Assembly (NCBI GenBank): GCA_964447335.1
Contig: CAYUSA010000003.1
Span: forward strand, 14,214 to 78,213
DNA: 64,000 bases
Direction: 5' to 3'
From: an uncultured Actinomycetes bacterium
GTDB lineage: Bacteria; Actinomycetota; UBA4738; HRBIN12
Part shown: piece by piece, positions 45,108-55,366 of the stretch
How the letters are laid out: each line of letters starts with the position of its first letter
How positions within the stretch are numbered: the first letter of the stretch is position 1
The notes under the pieces: model-generated
What the model saw: only the letters and a program-made list of their open reading frames with translations
Database searches by the model: none
What the model was told of the DNA's origin: nothing
Position numbers and translations under genes: made by a program

Positions 45108-45705
45108 CACCGCGGAGCGCGACGACGAGCTCGTCCGCCGGTACCTCGCCGGCGACGTCGAGGCGTTCGGCACCCTCGTCGAGCGGCACGAGCGCCGCGT
45201 CTACAACCTCGCGCTGCGGATGACCGGACGCGAGGAGGACGCCCGCGACGCTACGCAAGAGGCGTTCCTGTCCGCGCTCCGGAAGCTCGGCTCGTTCCGG
45301 GGCGAGGCCGCCTTCACGACGTGGATGCATCGGGTGACCGTGAACGCGTGCTACGACCTCCTGCGCAAGCGCCAGCGTGCGCCGCTCCTGCACGAGCGCG
45401 ACGACGACGGCCCGCGCCGGCCCGAGCCCGCCGCGCCGGACCATGCGGATGCGGTGGACCTGTCGATCGACGTACGCAGGGCGCTGCTCGAGGTGCCCCC
45501 GGACTTCCGCGCCGTGCTGATCCTGTGCGACGTCCAGGACCTGCCCTACGACGAGGCGGCGGCGGCGCTCGGCGTGCCGGTCGGCACCGTGAAATCCCGA
45601 CTGCACCGCGGGCGCGTCGCGCTCGCTCGAGCGCTCGGCGTCGGCCCCGGCCTGCGGGAACGCCCGGAGACCGCCGGGCCGTCTGAAGGGACGATGTCAC
45701 CATGA
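45100..45705 (+). CDS. ECF RNA polymerase sigma factor (SigM-like by synteny)
   Basis: Region 2 (RRYLAGDVEAFGTLVERHERRVYNLALRMTGREEDARDATQEAFL) and region 4 (ALLEVPPDFRAVLILCDVQDLPYDEAAAALGVPVGTVKSRLHRGR). Confidence 0.85.
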   Translation: MPDTAERDDELVRRYLAGDVEAFGTLVERHERRVYNLALRMTGREEDARDATQEAFLSALRKLGSFRGEAAFTTWMHRVTVNACYDLLRKRQRAPLLHERDDDGPRRPEPAAPDHADAVDLSIDVRRALLEVPPDFRAVLILCDVQDLPYDEAAAALGVPVGTVKSRLHRGRVALARALGVGPGLRERPETAGPSEGTMSP

Positions 45706-46454
45706 CCCACCCTGAGGACCTCCTCGCCGACCACGTGGACGGCACGCTCTCGCAGACCGAGCGTGCCGTCCTCGACGCACACCTGGCGGGGTGCGAGACC
45801 TGCCGCCAGGAGATCGCGCTCGCGGCCGGAGCGGTCACCGCGCTCGCCGCGCTGGATGAGGAGCCGGTCCCCTTCGGCGTCACGGGTCCCGTCCTCGCCG
45901 AGGCCCGGCGCACGGCCAGGCGCCCGGCGCCGGCGCGCGAGCGGTTCCAGTGGGCGATCGGGCTCGCGGCGGCTGCCTGCCTGGTGCTCGTGGCCGTCGT
46001 CCTGCTCCCGCAGCTCACGGGCGACTCGGCCGAGGATCGTGGGACGCTCTCCGCCGACGCCGGCGACGCGGAGCGGTCGGAGGACGCCACGATGGGGGCC
46101 GAGGCCCTCGCCCCGCTGCAGCTCGAGGTCTCGGACCAGGACTTCGCCGATCCGGACCTGGCGAGGCTGGCGAAGTCGACCGCGAAGGTCGCCACCGCGC
46201 TCCCGGTGACGCCGACGGCGAACGCGGTCGCCGCACCCGACGAGGCCATCACCTGTCTCCTCGCGAGCGGGGCGACGATCGACGAGGGCCACGTGCTCGT
46301 CCGGGTGATCCAGGCCCGATACCTCGGCACGCCGGCGTACATCGGCGTGTTCCATGAGGGCGCCGGAGGTGGCACGCCGCCGCAACGCGTCGTGGTCTGG
46401 GTCGTCTCGAGCGCGGACTGCGCGATCCTCACGGCCCTGTCGCAGAACGTCTGA
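45702..46454 (+). CDS. Anti-sigma factor (ZAS-type zinc motif, single TM)
   Basis: Motif HLAGCETCRQE (H-x3-C-x2-C) is followed by one TM helix. Translationally coupled to the sigma gene. Confidence 0.75.
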   Translation: MTHPEDLLADHVDGTLSQTERAVLDAHLAGCETCRQEIALAAGAVTALAALDEEPVPFGVTGPVLAEARRTARRPAPARERFQWAIGLAAAACLVLVAVVLLPQLTGDSAEDRGTLSADAGDAERSEDATMGAEALAPLQLEVSDQDFADPDLARLAKSTAKVATALPVTPTANAVAAPDEAITCLLASGATIDEGHVLVRVIQARYLGTPAYIGVFHEGAGGGTPPQRVVVWVVSSADCAILTALSQNV

Positions 46455-46512
46455 CACGGGCCCGGCGACCCGCCGTGGATGCTGTGAGCGAACACTCGTA
46501 GAGTTACCGGTC

Positions 46513-47211
46513 GTGAGGTACCGGGTCGAGCAGCTCGCCGCCGCGTGCGACGTTTCCGTGGACACGGTCCGCTACTACCAGTCCCGAGGGCTCCTGCCGC
46601 CGCCCGAACGCGAGGGCCGGGTCGCCTGGTACGGCCCCGAGCACGTCGAGCGCATCCACGACGTCCGGACGCTCCAGCGCAAGGGCCTCACGCTCGCCGC
46701 GATCGCGCGCGCGCTCGAGGGCGACCTCGACCCCGCCGACGCAGACCTCGCGGCCGCCGTGGCCGCCGCCCGCGGCGAGGGTCCCGAGGAGGAGCTCCTC
46801 ACGCTCGAGGGGTTCTCGAGCCGCGCCGGCGTGCCCGCCTCGCTCATCCAGGCGGTCGAGCGCGAGGGCATCCGCCTCGGCGTCGCCGAGGGCGGCGAGG
46901 CACGCTACACGAGCGCCGACATCCAGACCGTGCGCGCGGCACTCCGCCTGCTCGAGTTCGGCCTGCCGCTCGGCGAGCTGCTCTCGCTCGCGCGCGACGC
47001 GAACGCCGCGATGGTCGCGCTCGCCGATCGCGCGGTCGAGCTGTTCGACGAGCACGTCCGCAAGCCCATCCGCGACACCGCGGCCACCGAGGACGAGGCG
47101 GCCGCGCAGCTCGTGGAGGCCTTCGACACGCTCCTCCCGGCCGTCACGAACCTCGTCGCCACCCACTTCCGGCGCGTGCTGCTCGCGACCGCCGAGGAGA
47201 AGCTCGAGTGA
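46513..47211 (+). CDS. MerR-family transcriptional regulator (tandem MerR HTH domains)
   Basis: YRVEQLAAACDVSVDTVRYYQSRGLLPPP and, further on, FSSRAGVPASLIQAVEREGI. GTG start at 46513. Confidence 0.75.
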   Translation: MRYRVEQLAAACDVSVDTVRYYQSRGLLPPPEREGRVAWYGPEHVERIHDVRTLQRKGLTLAAIARALEGDLDPADADLAAAVAAARGEGPEEELLTLEGFSSRAGVPASLIQAVEREGIRLGVAEGGEARYTSADIQTVRAALRLLEFGLPLGELLSLARDANAAMVALADRAVELFDEHVRKPIRDTAATEDEAAAQLVEAFDTLLPAVTNLVATHFRRVLLATAEEKLE

Positions 47212-47894
47212 GCCGGCGGCTCCCGCAGGGCGAGGAGAAGGCGCGCGCGGTCCGAGGGCTCTTCGACACGATCGCCGGGCGCTACGACCTCGTGAACCGC
47301 GTGATGACGTTCGGCATGGACGTCGGATGGCGCCGGCGCGCGATCCGCGAGCTCCATCTCCCGGGGGGGGCGCTCGTCGCCGACCTCGCGTGCGGCACCG
47401 GGGACTTCTGCCGAGAGCTGCGCGGCAAGGGCTACCGGGCCGTGGGCTTCGACTTCTCGTTCGGGATGCTCGCGAGCGCTCGCACCGACGCACCCCTCGT
47501 GCAGGCCGACGTCCTCCACCTTCCGCTCGCCGACGGCGCGGCCGACGGCGCGACATGCGGGTTCGCGCTCCGCAACGTCGTCGATCTCGGCGCGCTGTTC
47601 GAGGAGTGCGCGCGCGTGGTCCGCCCCGAAGGACGGATCGCGCTCCTCGAGGCGAGTGAGCCCGACCACCCCCTGATGCGCGCCGGCCACCGCGTCTACT
47701 TCCACCGCGTCGTGCCCCTCATCGGCGGCGCGCTCTCGGATCGCGAGGCCTATCGGTACCTCCCGCGCTCGATGGCCTACCTGCCGGCGACCGAGGAGCT
47801 GCTCGTGATGCTCCGACGCGCGGGCTTCGCGGACGCGCGGAGGATCCCGCTCGCGGGCGGCATCGCGCAACTCTTCATGGGGACGAGGACCTAG
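47208..47894 (+). CDS. menG: Demethylmenaquinone methyltransferase / class I SAM-dependent methyltransferase (UbiE/MenG family)
   Basis: SAM motif I LVADLACGTGDF and post-I DFSFGMLASA. The GTG overlaps the MerR stop (GTGA). Confidence 0.8.
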   Translation: MSRRLPQGEEKARAVRGLFDTIAGRYDLVNRVMTFGMDVGWRRRAIRELHLPGGALVADLACGTGDFCRELRGKGYRAVGFDFSFGMLASARTDAPLVQADVLHLPLADGAADGATCGFALRNVVDLGALFEECARVVRPEGRIALLEASEPDHPLMRAGHRVYFHRVVPLIGGALSDREAYRYLPRSMAYLPATEELLVMLRRAGFADARRIPLAGGIAQLFMGTRT

Positions 47895-47897
47895 CCG

Positions 47898-49166
47898 GTG
47901 CCACCGCTCGTCGCCCGCTCGAGCGCGCTCGGACCCGCCTTCGACCTGCTCGCGAACTACCACCCGGGGGGGTTCTTCTTCGAGCGGGCGGGCCTCGGGG
48001 TCTCGGCCGTCGGGGTCGCCGACCGCATCGGCGTCGAGGGAGGACCGGACCGCCTGTGGCTGCTCGCCCGCGAGGTCGAGGCCAGCCTCCGCGAGATCCA
48101 CCGCGACGGCCACGGCCCGGCCCCGATCGCCGTCGGGGCGATCCCCTTCGACGCCGGCTGGCCCGCTCACCTCGTCGTCCCCGAACGCACCGTGCTCCGC
48201 CTCCGCGAGGGCGAGACCCGGCGGCTAGACGTGTACCTCCAGGGCCTCTCGCCCCTCGACCCCGAGCGCGAGCGCTGGACCGGCCGCGCCCTGCCCCACG
48301 ATGCCTTCGAGGACATCCACCTGCGGCCCGACCCCGAGCCCCAGGAGTACGCGGAGGCCGTCCGCGAGGCGACGCGGCGGATCCGCGCGGGCAAGCTCCG
48401 CAAGGTCGTGCTCGCGCGGTCGATCGTCGTCGCCGCCGATCGCGAGCTCGACGCCAAGCAGCTGCTCTGGCGCCTGCGCGCCGTCGACCCCGACTGCTAC
48501 ACCTTCGCCTCGCCCGAGCTCGCGCTCGATGCGGGGGACCTCGTGCCGACCGGCACGCTCGTGGGCGCGACGCCCGAGCTCCTCGTCCGCAAGGAGGACG
48601 ACCTCGTCACAGCCACGCCGCTCGCGGGCTCGGCCCCGCGCTACGGCGACCCGGGGAAGGACCGCGGCTCCGCCGCTCACCTGTTCGCCTCGGCGAAGGA
48701 CCGTGAGGAGCACGGACTCGTCGTCGAGGACGTCGCGGCCGTGCTCGCACCGCTCTGCGAGAAGCTCGCCTACCCGCACGAGCCCGAGCTGCTCGGCACC
48801 GCGAACGTCTGGCACCTCGCGACGCCGTTCCGCGGCATCCTGAAGGCCTCGGTGCGGAGTGCGCTCGATCTCGTGGCGGCGCTCCACCCGACCCCGGCCG
48901 TGTGTGGGACGCCGCGCGACGCCGCGCGCACCGTGCTCGCCGAGCTCGAACCGCTCGATCGTGGGTGCTATGCCGGACCGATCGGCTGGGTGGATGCGGG
49001 AGGTGACGGCGAGTGGGCGATCGCGCTGCGCTGCGCCGAGATCACCGGCACGACCGCCCGCGTGTTCGCCGGCGCGGGGATCGTCGCGGACTCGGACCCC
49101 GAGCAGGAGCTCGATGAGACCGAGCGCAAGTTCCGGGCGCTCCTGGACTCGCTCCGCTGGGGCTAG
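47898..49166 (+). CDS. menF: Isochorismate synthase (MenF)
   Basis: Chorismate-binding-domain motifs VDPDCYTFA, GATPELLV, PLAGSAPR and the C-terminal GAGIVADSDPEQELDETERKF. Confidence 0.85.
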   Translation: MPPLVARSSALGPAFDLLANYHPGGFFFERAGLGVSAVGVADRIGVEGGPDRLWLLAREVEASLREIHRDGHGPAPIAVGAIPFDAGWPAHLVVPERTVLRLREGETRRLDVYLQGLSPLDPERERWTGRALPHDAFEDIHLRPDPEPQEYAEAVREATRRIRAGKLRKVVLARSIVVAADRELDAKQLLWRLRAVDPDCYTFASPELALDAGDLVPTGTLVGATPELLVRKEDDLVTATPLAGSAPRYGDPGKDRGSAAHLFASAKDREEHGLVVEDVAAVLAPLCEKLAYPHEPELLGTANVWHLATPFRGILKASVRSALDLVAALHPTPAVCGTPRDAARTVLAELEPLDRGCYAGPIGWVDAGGDGEWAIALRCAEITGTTARVFAGAGIVADSDPEQELDETERKFRALLDSLRWG

Positions 49167-49190
49167 GCCGCCGGCACAGGGCGGCGCTGC

Positions 49191-49592
49191 TCACGCCTCG
49201 AGAGCACCACGCGCACCGCCACGCCGACGACCACAGCCACCGTCAGCGCAACGAGGACGGCGGGCAACAGGGGCGCCTGGTAAGCACCGCCGCCCGAGTA
49301 GTCGACCGAGGACGTTCGTGCAGCTCGCGTGCCCGACGGTGCTCGGGCCGGCAGGCACCGCCGTCCACGTCGAGGTGCATCCGAGCGGAGCGACCAGGAC
49401 GTACGCGAGCGCGAAGGACCACGCCGCCACGAGCGCCGGCCACAGCACGTCGCGCCGGCGGCGCCACGGCCCGACCGCCACCATCGCGAGCCCGGTGAGC
49501 AGCAGCGGCCCCCCGATGCTGAACAGGCTGAGGAAGCCGAAACCGATCAGCACGAGCGCGAGGATCCAGTAGCCGATCGATCGTGCGCACAT
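49191..49592 (-). CDS. Hypothetical small membrane protein (as called by the ORF track). It is probably frameshifted, and the true C-terminus lies in another frame ending at 49163.
   Basis: The N-terminal 85 aa form 2-3 TM helices. The tail in this frame is Arg/Gly-rich, which looks like off-frame sequence. The +1 frame instead gives ...AYQAPLLPAVLVALTVAVVVGVAVRVVLSRREQRRPVPAA* (a TM helix plus a basic tail). Confidence 0.4.
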   Translation of the reverse strand: MCARSIGYWILALVLIGFGFLSLFSIGGPLLLTGLAMVAVGPWRRRRDVLWPALVAAWSFALAYVLVAPLGCTSTWTAVPAGPSTVGHASCTNVLGRLLGRRCLPGAPVARRPRCADGGCGRRRGGARGALEA

Positions 49593-49610
49593 CGTCGGGC
49601 AGCGTATCCG

Positions 49611-51293
49611 TCAGGCGCCGAGCGCACGCGCGATGATCGCGGCCAGCTCGGCGTGGTGGGCACGGTTGCGCTCGGCGTCGACCACGACCTCGACGACGCG
49701 CACGCCACGAGCGGACATCGCGCGTCGCACGGCGGGGACCAGGTCGGCCGAGCGCTCGACGCGCTCGTGCCCGGCGCCCGCCGCCGCGCAGACCACGCCG
49801 AGGTCGAGCCCGTGCGGCGTGGTGAACAGCTCGTCGAGCTCGGGCAGGTCCTTCTGCCCGAGGAAGGAGAAGATCGTGCCGCCGCCGTTGTTCAGCACGA
49901 CGAACGTCGCCTCGTGCCCTCGGCGGGCGCTCCACAGGAGGGAGCCGGCGTCGTACAGGAACGACAGGTCGCCGCAGAGCGCGACGGTCGGTCGGCCCGC
50001 ATCCGCGACCCCGAGCACGGTCGACACGAAGCCGTCGATGCCGCTCGCCCCGCGGTTCGCGACGACCCCGAGCCCCTCGCGGGGCGCCATCGAGGCGTCG
50101 AGATCGCGCACCGGCATGCTCGATGACACGACGAGCACCGAGCCGTCGGGGAGCGCCGCCGAGAGGTCCCGGGCCACACGGCCCTCGGACGGCTCCTCCC
50201 ACCCGTCCATCGCCGCGTCGAGGGCCGTCCTCGCGCGGGCGTCGGCCTCGAGCCAGTCGTGGAGCCACGGCGTCTCGGCCCGCGCCTCCAGTCTCTCGAG
50301 AGTCTCCTCGGCCACCGAGGCGAGATCCGCACGCACCGTCCACGCGGCACGGCGATGCGGGTCGGCCACGAGATGGTCGGGGTCGACGATCACGAGCCGA
50401 CGGGCATGCGCGACGAGGCCGAGGCCGGCGCGCGAGGTCGGCGCGGCGCCCAGCTGCAGCACCACGTCGGGCGCGTGCGCCGACGCGAACCGCTCGTCCG
50501 CGAGGAGGAGCTGCCCGGCGGCGAGCGCACCGGGAACACGCAGGCCGGACGTCGGCTCGGCGACGAGCGGCCAGGCGGCCCGTCGCGCGAGCTCGATCAC
50601 GGCGCGCGAGGGCTCGCGGAGCGAGCCCGCGAGCATCACGCCGCGGGCGGTCGAAGCGAGCTCGAGACGGAGCTGCTCGACCTCTTCGGGCTCAGGCGAG
50701 GCGACGAGTTCGGGGGCCGAGCCGGACGGCGTCGACGCGGGCAACTCGACGGGGCCGGGCACGAGCGGCTCGCGGAACGGCAGGTTCACGTGCACCGGTC
50801 CGAGCGGAGGTCCGAGCGTGCTGCGGATCGCGTCCCCGGCGATCTGCCGCCAGAACGACTCGTCGGGGCGGTCACCCGGGACCTCGGCATCGATCGAAGC
50901 CGAAACGTAGGTGCCGTAGAGGCCGACCTGGTCGATGGTCTGGTTCGCGCCCACGCCGCGGAGCTCTGGAGGCCGGTCGGCCGTGAGCAGGACGAGTGGA
51001 ACGCGCGACATCGAGGCCTCGACGACGGCCGGCAGGAGCTCGGCGGCGGCGGTGCCGCTCGTGCACGCGACGGCGACCGGACGACCGGTGGCCTTCGCGG
51101 CGCCGAGGGCGAAGAAGGCCGAGGCGCGCTCGTCGAGGTGGACGTGGACCCGGACGCTCGGATGGCGCCAGAGCGCGAGCGCGATCGGCGTCGAGCGCGA
51201 GCCCGGCGAGACGCACGCGACCGTGAGGCCGCAGCGGACGAGCTCGTCGACGATCCACCAGCACGCGGCGAAGGAGCGCTCGGCCTCGCTCAC
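49611..51293 (-). CDS. menD: SEPHCHC synthase MenD (ThDP-dependent)
   Basis: GTG start (VSEAERSFAACWWIVDELVRCGL...). ThDP motif GDLSFLYD...NNGGGTIFSFL. The 1015-aa ORF in the track is this gene joined to off-frame upstream sequence. Confidence 0.9.
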   Translation of the reverse strand: MSEAERSFAACWWIVDELVRCGLTVACVSPGSRSTPIALALWRHPSVRVHVHLDERASAFFALGAAKATGRPVAVACTSGTAAAELLPAVVEASMSRVPLVLLTADRPPELRGVGANQTIDQVGLYGTYVSASIDAEVPGDRPDESFWRQIAGDAIRSTLGPPLGPVHVNLPFREPLVPGPVELPASTPSGSAPELVASPEPEEVEQLRLELASTARGVMLAGSLREPSRAVIELARRAAWPLVAEPTSGLRVPGALAAGQLLLADERFASAHAPDVVLQLGAAPTSRAGLGLVAHARRLVIVDPDHLVADPHRRAAWTVRADLASVAEETLERLEARAETPWLHDWLEADARARTALDAAMDGWEEPSEGRVARDLSAALPDGSVLVVSSSMPVRDLDASMAPREGLGVVANRGASGIDGFVSTVLGVADAGRPTVALCGDLSFLYDAGSLLWSARRGHEATFVVLNNGGGTIFSFLGQKDLPELDELFTTPHGLDLGVVCAAAGAGHERVERSADLVPAVRRAMSARGVRVVEVVVDAERNRAHHAELAAIIARALGA

Positions 51294-52210
51294 GACGCGC
51301 TCGCCCCCGCCACCCACAGGCCGAGCGCCAGCAGGACCCCGAACGTGGCCTGCAGCAACGCCGTTCCGACGAGCACCGGGATCAGCGCCCGGCCCTCGGC
51401 CGTGCCCACCTGCTCCATCGGCCGGATCGCGAGCACCCACGACGCGAGCGCGAGCAGCGCCCACTGCGACATGCCCGAGCCTTCGCTCGCGATCTCGACG
51501 AGCACGGCCGCCGGCACCGACGCGAGCGCGAGCACCACGAGCGCGCGGTAGAGACGCCTCGCGCCGTGCTCGCCGAGCCGGACCGCGAGCGTGCGCTTGC
51601 CGGCGGACCGGTCGGTCGGGATGTCGCGGAGGTTGTTCGCCTCCAAGATCGCGACGGCGAGCAGGCCCATCGGCACGCTCGCCCACCACGCGGCCGCCGT
51701 GACGGTCTCGGCGTTCACGTACGCGGTCCCCGCCGTCGCCATCACGCCGAAGAACACGAAGACCATGACCTCGCCGAGGCCGAGCCCCGCGTAGGGTCTC
51801 GGGCCGCCGCTGTAGAGCCAGAGCGCGAGCATCGCCGCGGCGCCGATCGGGATCAGCCACAGCGTGGTCGCGAGCGCCAGCGCGAGCCCCACCACCGCGG
51901 CCACCCCGACGCACGCGGCCGCCACCGCGAGCACCGACCTCGGTGTGGCCATGCCCGAGGACGTGAGCCTCGGCGGGCCGAGCCGCTCGTGCGTGTCCAC
52001 CCCTCGGACGCCGTCGTGGTAGTCGTTCGCGAGGTTCACCCCGACCTGCAGCGCGATCCCGACGACGAGCGCCGCGGCCGAGCGCCACATGACCGTCCGC
52101 CCCGCGGCCGCGATCCCGACGGCCACGGGCGTCACGCTCGCGCCGAGGGTCCGCGGGCGGGCGCCGTGCCACCACACGGAGGGCCGGCTCGAGCGCTCGA
52201 CCCCGGACAT
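51290..52210 (-). CDS. menA: 1,4-dihydroxy-2-naphthoate polyprenyltransferase MenA
   Basis: UbiA fold with NDYHDGVRGVD (first Asp-rich motif) and 8-9 TMs. It overlaps the menD start by 4 nt. Confidence 0.85.
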   Translation of the reverse strand: MSGVERSSRPSVWWHGARPRTLGASVTPVAVGIAAAGRTVMWRSAAALVVGIALQVGVNLANDYHDGVRGVDTHERLGPPRLTSSGMATPRSVLAVAAACVGVAAVVGLALALATTLWLIPIGAAAMLALWLYSGGPRPYAGLGLGEVMVFVFFGVMATAGTAYVNAETVTAAAWWASVPMGLLAVAILEANNLRDIPTDRSAGKRTLAVRLGEHGARRLYRALVVLALASVPAAVLVEIASEGSGMSQWALLALASWVLAIRPMEQVGTAEGRALIPVLVGTALLQATFGVLLALGLWVAGASAS

Positions 52211-52216
52211 GCGGTG

Positions 52217-53044
52217 TCAGGGTCGCTTCGGGAAGCGCGAGAAGTCGGGGTCGCGCTTCTGCACGTACGCGTCCCGCCCCTCCTGCGCCTCGTCGGTCAT
52301 GTAGTACAAGAGGGTCGCGTCGCCGGCGAGGTGCTGCACGCCCGCCAGGCCGTCGACCCCCGCGTTGTACCCCGCCTTCAGGAGCCGGAGCGCCAGCGGG
52401 CTCATCCGCACCATCTCGCGGCACCAGGCCACGGTCTCGGCCTCGAGGCGCTCGAGCGGCACGACGGCGTTCACCAGGCCCCACGCGAGCGCGGTCTCGG
52501 CGTCGTATTGCCGGCACAGGAACCAGACCTCCTTCGCGCGCTTCTCGCCGATCTGCCGCGCGAGCAGGTGGATGCCGTAGCCGCCGTCGAACGAGCCGAC
52601 CTTCGGCCCGGTCTGCCCGAACTTCGCGTTGTCGGCCGCGATCGTGAGATCGCAGCACAGGTGGAGCACGTGCCCGCCGCCGATCGCGTAGCCGGCGACC
52701 ATCGCGACGACGGGCTTCGGGAGGCGGCGGATCTGGATCTGCAGGTCGAGCACGTTCAGGCGCGCGATGCCCGTGTCGTCCTCGACGTAGCCGTCATCGC
52801 CGCGGATCCTCTGGTCCCCTCCCGAGCAGAACGCGAGTGGGCCCTCGCCGGTGAGGACCACGACGCCGACGTCGGGGTCGTCCCTCGCGGCCTCGAACGC
52901 CCGGGACATCTCGCGCACCGTGAGCGGACGGAAGGCGTTGCGGACCTCGGGCCGGTCGATCGTGATCTTCGCGATGCCCTCGGCGGTCTCGTACCGGATG
53001 TCCGTGTACTCGCCGGCCGGCTGCCACTGCGGGATCAGTTCCAT
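52217..53044 (-). CDS. menB: 1,4-dihydroxy-2-naphthoyl-CoA synthase MenB (crotonase fold)
   Basis: Motifs [48 protein letters not shown] and the C-terminal [12 protein letters not shown]. Confidence 0.95.
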   Translation of the reverse strand: MELIPQWQPAGEYTDIRYETAEGIAKITIDRPEVRNAFRPLTVREMSRAFEAARDDPDVGVVVLTGEGPLAFCSGGDQRIRGDDGYVEDDTGIARLNVLDLQIQIRRLPKPVVAMVAGYAIGGGHVLHLCCDLTIAADNAKFGQTGPKVGSFDGGYGIHLLARQIGEKRAKEVWFLCRQYDAETALAWGLVNAVVPLERLEAETVAWCREMVRMSPLALRLLKAGYNAGVDGLAGVQHLAGDATLLYYMTDEAQEGRDAYVQKRDPDFSRFPKRP

Positions 53045-53076
53045 GAGCGCGTACTCCTAGAGCGGACACTCGAAGG

Positions 53077-54288
53077 GTGTCAGCTAGCCTATCGCACGTG
53101 GGGAGACTGGAGAACGCGGGGCTGGCGGCCGAGGACGTCGTGGCCGTGGCGCTCCCGCCCGCGCGTGGGTGGCTCGAGCTCGTCCGCGAGATCTGGGACG
53201 CCGGCGCCGCCCTGTTCCCCGTCGACCTGCGCTTCCCCCCCTCGGAGGTGCTGGCCCTCGTGCGCTCGGCTCGACCGACCGTGGTCCTGCACGCCGAGGG
53301 GTGGGAGCGCCGCGAGGACGGCGTGCCCGCCGACCCCGGTGTCGCGCTCATCGTGCACACCTCGGGGACCGCTGGCGCGCCCAAGCTCGTGCAGTTCGAC
53401 CGCGCGGCGATCGACGCCGCGGTGGCTGCGTCGGCGCTCGCGCTCGAGGCGACCGCGCGCGACCCGTGGCTCTGCTGCCTGCCGCTCGCGCACGTCGGGG
53501 GGCTGCTCGTGCTGCTCCGCGGGGTGCTCCTCGGCGCGCCGGTCACGGTGCATCCCCGCTTCGACCCCGCGGCCATCGCCGCGGAGCCCGACCTTGCGTT
53601 CACCTCCGTGGTTCCGACGATGCTCCTACGGCTCCTCGGCGCCGGGATCGATCTCGCGCGGTTCCGCCGCATCCTCGTCGGGGGCGCGCACCTCCCCGCC
53701 GACCTCCGCGAGCGCGCGGAGGCGACCGGCGCCACGCTCGTCGAGACCTACGGCCTCACCGAGACCTGTGGCGGCGTCGTCTACGACGGCCGGCCACTGC
53801 CCGGCGTGGAGATGCGGATCGACGCGAACGGCGGCATCGAGCTCCGGGGGCCGATGCTCACGCTCGGCTACCGCCTCGATCCGGTGGCCACGCAGCGAGC
53901 CTTCACGTCCGATGGGTGGCTCCGGCCCGGCGACGCCGGCTCGATCGACACCGAGGGTCGGTTGCACGTCGTCGGTCGCGCGGACGACCTCATCAACTCC
54001 GGCGGCGAGAAGATCTGGCCGCAGGAGGTCGAGGCCGCCCTGCACCCCCACCCGAAGGTGGCCGAGATCGCCGTCGGCGCCCGTCCCGATCCCGAGTGGG
54101 GGCAGCGGGTCGTCGCCTTCGTCGTCCCCGCCGATCCCGCCGATCCCCCCACGCTCGCCGAGCTCCGCCAAGCCGCCTCGCAGCGACTGCCGCGGCACAA
54201 GGCGCCCCGAGAGCTCGTGCTCCTGCCGGAGCTGCCGAGGACCGGCCCCGGCAAGCTGCGACGCTCGGCCCTCCGAGACACGGAATAG
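53077..54288 (+). CDS. menE: o-Succinylbenzoate-CoA ligase MenE (ANL adenylating enzyme)
   Basis: Motifs HTSGTAGAPK, ETYGLTET, GWLRPGDAG and GKLRR. Confidence 0.8.
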   Translation: MSASLSHVGRLENAGLAAEDVVAVALPPARGWLELVREIWDAGAALFPVDLRFPPSEVLALVRSARPTVVLHAEGWERREDGVPADPGVALIVHTSGTAGAPKLVQFDRAAIDAAVAASALALEATARDPWLCCLPLAHVGGLLVLLRGVLLGAPVTVHPRFDPAAIAAEPDLAFTSVVPTMLLRLLGAGIDLARFRRILVGGAHLPADLRERAEATGATLVETYGLTETCGGVVYDGRPLPGVEMRIDANGGIELRGPMLTLGYRLDPVATQRAFTSDGWLRPGDAGSIDTEGRLHVVGRADDLINSGGEKIWPQEVEAALHPHPKVAEIAVGARPDPEWGQRVVAFVVPADPADPPTLAELRQAASQRLPRHKAPRELVLLPELPRTGPGKLRRSALRDTE

Positions 54289-54345
54289 GCGCCGGTTATC
54301 CTCCATGGGGAGCAGATCCTCCGAACCACACGAGGCAGAAGGCAC

Positions 54346-55284
54346 GTGATGACTGAGGAACGCGATGTCGTGATCCTGGGCTCGGGGCCGGCCGGGTACA
54401 CGGCCGCCCTGTACGCGGCCAGGGCGAACCTGCGACCGCTCGTCCTGAAGGGATTCGAGGCGGGCGGCCAGCTGATGCTCACGACCGAGGTCGAGAACTA
54501 CCCCGGCTTCCCGGACGGGATCTTGGGCCCCGAGCTCATGGATGCGATGGAGAAGCAGGTGGCGCGGTTCGACGCCGAGATCGTGGCGCAGTCGGCGACC
54601 CGCGTGGACCTGTCGAGCCGCCCGTTCGGCGTGTGGGCGGGCGACCAGGAGTGGCGGGCAAGGACGTTGATCGTCTCGACGGGCGCGAGCGCCCGTTGGA
54701 TCGGCGCCCCCGGCGAGGAGCGGCTCCGCGGGCGCGGCGTCTCGGCATGCGCGACGTGTGACGGCTTCTTCTTCCGCGATCGCGAGCTCGTGGTCGTCGG
54801 CGGCGGCGACACGGCGATGGAGGAGGCCACGTTCCTCACGCGCTTCGCGAGCAAGGTGACCATCGTGCACCGGCGCGACGAGTTCCGCGCCTCGGCGATC
54901 ATGCGGGATCGCGCCCTCGCGAACGACAAGATCTCGGTCGTGTGGGACAGCGTCGTCGAAGAGATCCTCGGGGACGATGCCGTGAGCGGCGTCCGATTGC
55001 GCAACGTGAGGACGGGCGAGGCCTCCGATCTTGCGGCCGGCGGGGTGTTCGTCGCGATCGGCCACACACCGAACACGAGCCTGTTCCACGGACAGCTGGA
55101 CCTCGACGAGACCGGCTACCTCTTGGTGAACGAGCCGAGGACCGCGACGAGCGCGCCGGGCGTGTTCGCCGCCGGTGATGTCACCGACCGCATCTATCGT
55201 CAGGCGGTGACCGCGGCGGGGCAGGGCTGCAAGGCCGCGATCGACGCGGAGCGCTTCCTCGAGGAGCACCACCACACCGGCTGA
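54346..55284 (+). CDS. trxB: Thioredoxin-disulfide reductase
   Basis: FAD motif [19 protein letters not shown], redox-active [14 protein letters not shown] motif [16 protein letters not shown]. Confidence 0.95.
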   Translation: MMTEERDVVILGSGPAGYTAALYAARANLRPLVLKGFEAGGQLMLTTEVENYPGFPDGILGPELMDAMEKQVARFDAEIVAQSATRVDLSSRPFGVWAGDQEWRARTLIVSTGASARWIGAPGEERLRGRGVSACATCDGFFFRDRELVVVGGGDTAMEEATFLTRFASKVTIVHRRDEFRASAIMRDRALANDKISVVWDSVVEEILGDDAVSGVRLRNVRTGEASDLAAGGVFVAIGHTPNTSLFHGQLDLDETGYLLVNEPRTATSAPGVFAAGDVTDRIYRQAVTAAGQGCKAAIDAERFLEEHHHTG

Positions 55285-55366
55285 GGGGGATCGGGGCCCG
55301 CGCCCCGTGGTTGCATCGAACGGGCCGCCCGCGGGGCGGCTCTCGAACGGATGGAAGGAACGAACG

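Noticed and set aside
49611-52658. 1015-aa ORF on the minus strand
   Set aside because: Only the C-terminal 561 aa (menD, from GTG 51293) are protein-like. The upstream part is an off-frame read across menA, which is correctly given by the 306-aa ORF 51290-52210.
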